Source: Cellvibrionales bacterium
GTDB lineage: Bacteria > Pseudomonadota > Gammaproteobacteria > Pseudomonadales > UBA7434
Direction: 5' to 3'
Length of the DNA stretch: 64,000 nt
Assembly: GCA_041941365.1 (NCBI GenBank)
Contig: JBGTQK010000004.1
Coordinates: forward strand, 132,598-196,597
The notes below the pieces were generated by a model. It made no database searches. It saw only the letters and a program-made list of their open reading frames with translations, and was not told the DNA's origin. This document shows, piece after piece, positions 57,240-64,000 of this stretch. The translations under genes and the position numbers were made by a program. Within the stretch, counting starts at the first letter, position 1, and each line of letters opens with the position of its first letter.

Positions 57240-59480
57240 ATGGATTCTATAACTCTTTGTAATTTAAGGTATCGTCTTTTGTTTAATCGATTGTATTCCA
57301 TCATCCTCAGTCTGTTATTTTCTACATTTTTTTCTGTGTATGCCAATGCGGCCAGCTCGGCACAGACTGAACATGTAAAGGTGAGTTTGCATAGCCTTAC
57401 CAACAAGATAACAGCGGGTAAAACACATGAATTTGCTGTGCAGATAGTTGCTGAAGAAGGGTGGCATACCTATTGGCAAAATCCTGGTGACACCGGACTT
57501 CCAACTCGTATTGAATGGAGTTTGCCAAACGGTGCAGAAGTGGGAGACATAGAATGGCCCGTGCCTGAACGTATTGATTATGCGGGTATGATCAACTACG
57601 GCTATCATGGTGAAGTATGGTTGATGGTGCCAATCATCATGCCAGTTGATTTATTCCCAGCTCAAGAAATAGAAATTAGCGCTAAAGTAAAGTGGTTAGT
57701 CTGTAGAGAGGTTTGTATACCCGAACAGGCAGAATTGGTTTTGAATATGTTGGTTGATGAAACTGACAATATAACGGGAAGTAATACAAGTAAAGTTAAT
57801 GTTTTTGAGCGAGCCTGGAGCAAAGTCCCCAAACTTAATTACGATGTAGCTGCAAAGTACACCTTTATTGATTCTGGTGAACTACATATTGAAGTGGAGA
57901 ATCAAGTACAAGGAAGTCAAATGCCAGTGTTTACAAAAGCCCCTGAGGTTTTTGTGACAGTAAAAGGTTTGGTGGATCATATTGTGAAGCCAAATATAAC
58001 AGTAAAAGATAATCAATGGGGTGTTGTATTTAAAACTTCAGATGAATTTGAAACACCTCCTGAATATATTACATTTGTCAGTAATACATCGCCACCTGTT
58101 GAGATACAGGCTAAATACGATGCCAAATGGCAGCCATTATCTTTTTTCGATTCTTCGACGAATATAGAAAAAACAGAAATTACACAGACAAAAACGTTGA
58201 ATGAAGTTGCTGAGCCTTCTGAAAATGTTTCGCAAGCTCAGCAAAATATTGTCCTTGTTTTACTTTTCTCTTTTTTGGGTGGTTTGATTCTCAATTTAAT
58301 GCCGTGTGTGTTTCCAGTATTGTCTCTAAAAATAGTGAGTTTGGTAGAAAGCGGTAACCATAATGAAAGTGTCAGAAAAAAACATGGTTTGGCTTACACT
58401 TTCGGTGTTGTATTGAGTTTTTTATCAGTTGCTTTACTGTTGATACTTTTGCGTAGTGCAGGTGAGCAAATTGGTTGGGGTTTTCAGTTACAGTCACCCT
58501 GGTTTGTTGGATTAATGGCATATCTGATTTTTGCATTAGGATTATCAATGTCGGGTGTCTTTGAAATTGGCACTTCATTACAAGATGTTGGGTCAGGGCT
58601 TTCCCACGAAGGCTATAAAGGCTCTTTCTTTACAGGGGTGCTAGCCACGGTGGTTGCAACGCCCTGCACAGCACCCTTTATGGGGGGGGCTATCGGCTTT
58701 GCGTTGAGTCAGTCTATACCTATAGCATTGTTGGTATTTGCAGTGATGGGGCTTGGTCTGGCATTACCTTTTCTCTTGATCGCCTATGTTCCAGTGTTAG
58801 CCAATATGTTGCCTAAACCAGGAGCATGGATGATACGCCTCAAGGAAGTACTGGCATTTCCGCTGTATTTAACAGCCATTTGGTTGGTATGGGTATTTGG
58901 TCGTCAATTAGGGCACGATGCAATGGCATTGTTATTGATTGGTTTATTAATTGTTGCATTGGCAGCATGGTTATGGCGCATTCGTTTTGCCAGTAGTCAT
59001 AGAGCTTTATTGAGTATTATCGTTCTATTGTTTGTAATATCAGCTTTGTTAATGCTAAAGCAAGCCAGTGCATTGAAATCCAAAAATATTGAAAATAGCG
59101 CATTAATTAATGCTTCAGAGATTAACAGCGTAATAAAAGGCAGTGATGGAAGTTTACCTTATACGAAATCAAATCTGGATCAAGCGTTAGGTCAAGGTAA
59201 AACAGTTTTTATCAATATTACGGCAGACTGGTGTATTACTTGTAAAGTGAATGAGAAAGTAGTGTTAAAAAAACAAAAGATACAAGATATTTTGCATAGT
59301 AAAGAAGTTGTATATTTAAAAGGTGACTGGACAAACAGTGATGCAAATATCACAGCCTATCTTGAAAAGTTTAATCGAAATGGTGTGCCACTATATGTTG
59401 TATACAGAGATGGACAGCCACCTAAGGTATTACCACAGGTATTGACAGAGAAGTTATTTTTGAAAGAAATTATTGAATAA
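57240..59480 (+). CDS. DsbD/ScsB-family transmembrane protein-disulfide reductase (long N-terminal periplasmic domain)
   Basis: TM core with NLMPCVFPVLSLK and ATPCTAPFMGGA Cys motifs. C-terminal thioredoxin WCITCK. The roughly 330-aa N-terminal periplasmic part is longer than in E. coli DsbD. Confidence 0.85.
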   Translation: MDSITLCNLRYRLLFNRLYSIILSLLFSTFFSVYANAASSAQTEHVKVSLHSLTNKITAGKTHEFAVQIVAEEGWHTYWQNPGDTGLPTRIEWSLPNGAEVGDIEWPVPERIDYAGMINYGYHGEVWLMVPIIMPVDLFPAQEIEISAKVKWLVCREVCIPEQAELVLNMLVDETDNITGSNTSKVNVFERAWSKVPKLNYDVAAKYTFIDSGELHIEVENQVQGSQMPVFTKAPEVFVTVKGLVDHIVKPNITVKDNQWGVVFKTSDEFETPPEYITFVSNTSPPVEIQAKYDAKWQPLSFFDSSTNIEKTEITQTKTLNEVAEPSENVSQAQQNIVLVLLFSFLGGLILNLMPCVFPVLSLKIVSLVESGNHNESVRKKHGLAYTFGVVLSFLSVALLLILLRSAGEQIGWGFQLQSPWFVGLMAYLIFALGLSMSGVFEIGTSLQDVGSGLSHEGYKGSFFTGVLATVVATPCTAPFMGGAIGFALSQSIPIALLVFAVMGLGLALPFLLIAYVPVLANMLPKPGAWMIRLKEVLAFPLYLTAIWLVWVFGRQLGHDAMALLLIGLLIVALAAWLWRIRFASSHRALLSIIVLLFVISALLMLKQASALKSKNIENSALINASEINSVIKGSDGSLPYTKSNLDQALGQGKTVFINITADWCITCKVNEKVVLKKQKIQDILHSKEVVYLKGDWTNSDANITAYLEKFNRNGVPLYVVYRDGQPPKVLPQVLTEKLFLKEIIE

Positions 59481-59541
59481 ATCAATAATTTGATCACCAG
59501 TATAATCCAATGACATACCAGGACTTATAAATAAAGCTTTT

Positions 59542-61047
59542 TTAATGTCTTTGTTCTGGATAGGGAAATAATTCATCCATCGCAATTGATTTACCATTAC
59601 TTTGAACAATACGCACATGTTTGCGTTTTAGTGCATGCGGACAATTAACGCCACAAGAGTGCGAAATAATTTCAACTTCATTAATTAGGTTCTTACAGTA
59701 ATTAGCAACTTTAACATACTTGTCATTTGGGTTGAGCCCTTTTTGTAAACGCTTATTATGAGTTGTGATGCCTGTAGGGCAGGTGTTTTTGTTGCATTTT
59801 AGTGCTTGAATACAACCTAACGAAAACATAAAGCCACGTGCTGAGGTGACAAAGTCGGCACCGCTTGCCAGAGCCCAGGCCATTTCTGACGGAGTGATCA
59901 ATTTACCTGAAGCTATCAGCTTGATTCGCTGACGCAGATCGTATCGCATTAATATATTTTCTACCATTGGCAGGCTTTCTTTAATTTGTAAGCCGACGTT
60001 ATCGATGAGTGACATCGGTGCAGCACCCGTACCACCATCGCCACTATCTATGGTAATAAAGTCTGGAGCACATTCATGACCACGTTGAATAATAAGTTCG
60101 CACATATTTTCTAACCAGCCATAAGCACCGATGACCGCCTTAAAACCAACCGGCTTGCCTGTGACTTCTTTTACATGTTTAATAAAATCGAGCAGTTCTA
60201 CTACGTTGTTAATTTCGGGGTGTCGGTTAGGAGAAATTGAATCCTTGCCTACAGGGATACCGCGAATGTTTGCAATTTCTTCAGAAACTTTAACGCCAGG
60301 TAAAATACCACCTTTACCCGGTTTAGCGCCCTGGCTCAATTTAATTTCGAACATTTTAACTTGTTCGTAAGCAGCGACTTCACGTAACTTTTCATCGCTT
60401 AAGTTTCCTTCTTGATCTCTAACACCGTATTTGGCTGTGCCTATTTGAAAGACAATGTCGCATCCACCTTTAAGATGAGTGGGTGATACGCCACCCTCAC
60501 CGGTGTTCATCCAGCAACCCGCTAATTTTGCACCACGTGCTAATGCTTCAATAGCAGGCCTGGAGAGAGCACCATAACTCATGCCTGAAATATTGAAAAA
60601 AGAAGAAGCCTGGTAAGGTTGACGGCAACCTTCGCCAATAGTAATTTTTGAAGAAGGTATTGCATCTTTATCCAGGGTTGGAAAAGGGCAGTTAACAAAA
60701 ATAGCAGTTCCAGGAGGGTTCAGGTTTTTTGTGGAGCCAAATGCAACTGTTTTGTCGGCATTCTTGGCTGCATGATAAACCCATTCACGCTCTGCACGGT
60801 TAAACGGCATTTCTTCTCTGTCCATTGCAAAAAAGTATTGGCGAAAAAACTCACCAAGCTCGGAAAAAAGGTAGCGAAAACGTCCAATAACCGGATAGTT
60901 TCGCCTGACAGCATCTTTTGTTTGACGAATATCAATTACAAATAAAGAGACTATCGTTATTAAAGCCAGAAAGAAAACGATACCTAAAGCAAAAATAAAA
61001 AAGTTGGACAAAGTACTCATGGCACTGGATGAGAAAGTACTTAACAT
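59542..61047 (-). CDS. FMN-binding glutamate synthase family (GltB domain-2-like) membrane-anchored protein
   Basis: N-terminal TM helix. ISGMSYGALS, KLSQGAKPGKGGILPG, and DFITIDSGDGGTGAAP motifs. I prefer the ATG at 61047 (GGAG RBS) over the TTG at 61116. Confidence 0.85.
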   Translation of the reverse strand: MLSTFSSSAMSTLSNFFIFALGIVFFLALITIVSLFVIDIRQTKDAVRRNYPVIGRFRYLFSELGEFFRQYFFAMDREEMPFNRAEREWVYHAAKNADKTVAFGSTKNLNPPGTAIFVNCPFPTLDKDAIPSSKITIGEGCRQPYQASSFFNISGMSYGALSRPAIEALARGAKLAGCWMNTGEGGVSPTHLKGGCDIVFQIGTAKYGVRDQEGNLSDEKLREVAAYEQVKMFEIKLSQGAKPGKGGILPGVKVSEEIANIRGIPVGKDSISPNRHPEINNVVELLDFIKHVKEVTGKPVGFKAVIGAYGWLENMCELIIQRGHECAPDFITIDSGDGGTGAAPMSLIDNVGLQIKESLPMVENILMRYDLRQRIKLIASGKLITPSEMAWALASGADFVTSARGFMFSLGCIQALKCNKNTCPTGITTHNKRLQKGLNPNDKYVKVANYCKNLINEVEIISHSCGVNCPHALKRKHVRIVQSNGKSIAMDELFPYPEQRH

Positions 61048-61217
61048 TGTTACTCCAATAAATGATTTGAGAGAATAAATTTCTCGATTAGAGCTTAAGG
61101 GTTTATTTTGGTTCAAAAAATATGAACCGGGAGTATAAATGAAAACAAATCGTTTTGGGTTTAGCCATTAATTTATGGATGATTTATTATCAACTATTCA
61201 GAAAGTAGCTTTGGTTT

Positions 61218-61631
61218 TCATTTTTTCAGTGGTATTGGCCCATCCATAATAACCGCTATCATAACAACAATAAATGCTATGGTGTGAACCGCGATAGCAA
61301 AAGTGTGGCTTGCCCAATTCCAGCCGGACTGATTCAGCTGGTTAAAATAGTCTAATGTATGAAGATGTAATTCCTGTTGAGTTTGTAGATTATTAATGTC
61401 CTGAAAAAGGCCAGCAAGTAACTTTTGAGAACTCCGCGTAAGATAATAATTATAAAAAGCTATTACTGCATATGCGCAAATTACTACAGATTTTTCTGAA
61501 TACCGCAATGGTCGATCGATATAGACAATACCACCAAATAATGCTGCATGAATAGAGAGAAACAGTGCCCAACTGGCATCCAGTCTATTCATTGTGTTTA
61601 TAATTAATTCAGTTAATTCATAAGCATTCAT
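61218..61631 (-). CDS. Hypothetical membrane protein (about 4 hydrophobic segments)
   Basis: 137-aa ORF containing several hydrophobic helices, in a co-directional position upstream of the glutamate-synthase-like gene. No motif was recognised. Confidence 0.45.
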   Translation of the reverse strand: MNAYELTELIINTMNRLDASWALFLSIHAALFGGIVYIDRPLRYSEKSVVICAYAVIAFYNYYLTRSSQKLLAGLFQDINNLQTQQELHLHTLDYFNQLNQSGWNWASHTFAIAVHTIAFIVVMIAVIMDGPIPLKK

Positions 61632-61819
61632 TTAAATTCTCTTATTTTCTTGTATGTGAAGTAATAAAAATTTTTATGGATAAATATACGCTAATCCCCA
61701 TAAAATTACTAACAAAGCTATTGTTGTTTTGAAAGTGAATTCAATATATTACATTTTAAAAGTATTCGTTTTTTATCCTTTTTCAAATCAAACTGGAAGG
61801 CTGGTTTCTAACAAAATAG

Positions 61820-62824
61820 TCAATACTTATCCTTCTCTCGATAAGCTTGTGGACTCTGGTTAGTCCATTTTTTAAAACTTCGCCTAAAACTGGAAAAGTC
61901 TTTATAACCTAACTGACTTGCTATAGCATCCACAGTCAAATTGGTTTCTTTCAAATAAAATTGTGCATGATATTTTAATATCGAATTTCGCAACTCCCGA
62001 TAGCTAGAGCCTTCATTTCCAAGCTTTCTATTAAGAGTTCTTTCTGTGATATTCATACTTCGCGCTGTCTCTACCATAGTAGGCAATGGAAGTGGATGCG
62101 TTTGAAGAAAATCACTTACACGCTTGGTAAATATTTTATTATTGGTTTCCATTAGCAGGTTTAATTGAGAATTAAATCTAATCTGATAGTTTTTCCATGC
62201 GACAGGGTCGTGAAAAGGTGATAGTATTTTTAAATACTGATTAGGTATTTTAATACTTGCATTTTGGTGTCCAAATGACACGGGGCTATGAAAATAGGTT
62301 AAATAATATTTTTCATTGGTTGGCTTTTCAAACGGGAAAAGTAATTCACCGTCATTAAATGGTTTTCCAGACAGCGCTTCTATAACATTTTGAGTAAGTA
62401 GTAAAAGAACTTCAGTTTGAAACTGCTGAGTAGAACCAAGGTCAACGAGCTCAATAAAAGTAAGAGATAATTCGTTAGAGTTACTGGTTAATTCAAGATC
62501 CATATAAGTTGCATGGAGTTTTGCAAAGTTGGATGCAACAGCAAAAGATTCTAAAGTAGTAGGTGCCGCTAAAATCGCATTTCCCAATTCACCAAGCGAT
62601 ATTGGTGTTAATTTTTTTCCTACCTTTAAACTGAGCTCTTCATCATTATATAGTTCGCTAACCTTCTTTAAAAAATCAAAAAAAATTTTATGAGGCATAG
62701 AGCTTTGTTGAAAAAGTGTTTTTGAATCAAACGAAGAGCCTTTAAATAGTTTATTAATTTCTTCTTTTGTGAGCTTAAGTTCTCGCGAAATAAAACGGGC
62801 GTAGATGGTTGAGACTTGCTGCAT
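61820..62824 (-). CDS. AraC-family transcriptional regulator
   Basis: C-terminal double HTH (ARSMNITERTLNRKL...ASQLGYKDFSSFRRSFKKWTNQSPQAYR). Divergent from the C-N hydrolase gene. Confidence 0.85.
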   Translation of the reverse strand: MQQVSTIYARFISRELKLTKEEINKLFKGSSFDSKTLFQQSSMPHKIFFDFLKKVSELYNDEELSLKVGKKLTPISLGELGNAILAAPTTLESFAVASNFAKLHATYMDLELTSNSNELSLTFIELVDLGSTQQFQTEVLLLLTQNVIEALSGKPFNDGELLFPFEKPTNEKYYLTYFHSPVSFGHQNASIKIPNQYLKILSPFHDPVAWKNYQIRFNSQLNLLMETNNKIFTKRVSDFLQTHPLPLPTMVETARSMNITERTLNRKLGNEGSSYRELRNSILKYHAQFYLKETNLTVDAIASQLGYKDFSSFRRSFKKWTNQSPQAYREKDKY

Positions 62825-62959
62825 ACGTTAGTGCCTGAATATCGTCAGATGTCCGAAGATACCATAGTGATGTCTGACTATGCAATTTCTCTTTTTGGGA
62901 AAGTTTGAGACTATTGATTATCAATGGGCAAAGAGTATGTCTAATCGAGAGGAAAAAAG

Positions 62960-63916
62960 ATGGTCTATGCAAATAGTTCGAAAAAGGTGGTTGCCGCAGC
63001 AATTCAGTTAGATACAAAAATCGGAGATACCAAACACAATCTTAAAATGTGTGAGAAGTTAGCAATTGAAGCTATAAATGCAGGTGCAACCTGGATTGGG
63101 TTACCGGAATTTTTTAATACGGGTGTATGTTGGATGCCTGATCTGGTTAATTCAATAGAAGAGCAAGGTGGTGAATCTGCAAATTTTCTACAAGAGTTTT
63201 CAATGAAAAACAAAGTTGTTATTGGCGGCTCATTTATGTGTAGGGTTCCGGAAGGTGGAGTTCGAAATCGATACCTGTGTTTTAACAAAGGTGAGTTAAT
63301 TGGAAAGCACGATAAGGATATGCCCACGATGTGGGAAAATGCATTTTATGAAGGAGCAGAAAAATCAGATGATGGGATAGTTGGAGAAATAGATGGAATA
63401 AGAGTGGGCTCAGCACTTTGTTGGGAGTTTCTTCGTACCCAAACAGCTAAGCGGTTGCATGGTAAGGTGGATGTAATTATTGGTGGCTCTCATTGGTGGA
63501 GTATTCCAATAAATTGGCCAAATAGTTTATTTGCAAGTGTTGAAGACTATAATTCTGATAATTCGATGAGATGTGTTCAGGAAACAGCGCGTCTAATTGG
63601 AGCTCCGGTTATTCATGGCTCTCATTGCAATACCTTTAAATGCACAATGCCTGGTTTACCAAAACTGATTAATCAATACCATGGTGTATTAGAGGGCAAC
63701 ACTGCGATTGTTGATGCAAAAGGAAAAATTTTAGCTCGTCGTTATAAAGAAGATGGGCCGGGGATTGTTTTAGCAGAGGTCAGCCTTGGAAACATAAATC
63801 CTGAAAGAGATATCCCTGATAGGTTTTGGTTACGTAAGCGTACATTGCTTGCTGCTTTTTCATGGAACTATCATGGGTTTCTAACAAGGCGTTGGTATAA
63901 GAAGAATGTTAGATAA
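62960..63916 (+). CDS. Carbon-nitrogen hydrolase (nitrilase superfamily) protein
   Basis: Candidate Glu-Lys-Cys triad contexts are GLPEFF, GKHDKDMP, and GSALCWEF. Confidence 0.75.
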   Translation: MVYANSSKKVVAAAIQLDTKIGDTKHNLKMCEKLAIEAINAGATWIGLPEFFNTGVCWMPDLVNSIEEQGGESANFLQEFSMKNKVVIGGSFMCRVPEGGVRNRYLCFNKGELIGKHDKDMPTMWENAFYEGAEKSDDGIVGEIDGIRVGSALCWEFLRTQTAKRLHGKVDVIIGGSHWWSIPINWPNSLFASVEDYNSDNSMRCVQETARLIGAPVIHGSHCNTFKCTMPGLPKLINQYHGVLEGNTAIVDAKGKILARRYKEDGPGIVLAEVSLGNINPERDIPDRFWLRKRTLLAAFSWNYHGFLTRRWYKKNVR

Positions 63917-64000
63917 ACGATTGATTTTAGTGATGGATTATTATTTATAGCAAAGCTGTTAGTTTCTATCAGCGTAAGTTATTAATCCAGTTTTGGGTAA

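Noticed and set aside
1-64000. CRISPR arrays, rRNA/tRNA genes, IS elements, prophage or toxin-antitoxin/defence genes
   Set aside because: I scanned the intergenic regions larger than 150 bp (300-555, 4936-5377, 17355-17681, 22336-22688, 27164-27618, 43837-44212, 56966-57239) and all ORF translations. I saw no regularly spaced repeats, cloverleaf-like segments, transposase or integrase motifs, or recognisable defence-system proteins.

Overview
AT-rich gammaproteobacterial chromosomal window. I recognised no rRNA, tRNA, CRISPR array, IS element or integrase. All calls come from reading the ORF translations and intergenic DNA by eye; no searches were run.

Layout, left to right:
1. A truncated quinone-oxidoreductase-like gene on the minus strand (1-299).
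2. A tight 3-gene operon: an ArsS-type radical-SAM/Cys-rich protein plus two glycosyltransferase-like proteins (556-2895).
3. A flagellar block of about 24 kb. flgN-flgM-flgA lie divergent from flgBCDEFGHIJKL, followed by fliC-flaG-fliD-fliS and a small ORF, then fleQ and fleS-fleR. I identified sigma54-type promoters by hand in front of flgA, flgB and fleS, and near-consensus sigma28 promoters in front of flgM and fliC. FlgE, FlgK and FliD are unusually long, and together with FliC they share repeated 'IN-motif' modules.
4. A housekeeping block: a porin-like OMP, yciH, a membrane-anchored cold-shock-domain protein and suhB. This is followed by trmJ-iscRSUA-hscBA-fdx-iscX in E. coli-like synteny, then oxyR/ahpCF, alaA, msrB and an esterase.
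5. An AT-rich 4-gene accessory locus (44213-50059). It encodes a signal-peptide protein with a PEP-CTERM-like tail that is translationally coupled to a ShlB/FhaC-type TpsB. Next comes a TPS-domain protein carrying a C-terminal OmpA-like peptidoglycan-binding domain, then a separately transcribed HExxH protein. This is my best candidate for an undescribed system.
6. HDOD, sthA, phhB, trmA, galE, a YbiB-like gene, yccA, a DsbD/ScsB-family reductase containing a G8 tract, an FMN glutamate-synthase-like protein, a small membrane protein, and an AraC regulator divergent from a C-N hydrolase.
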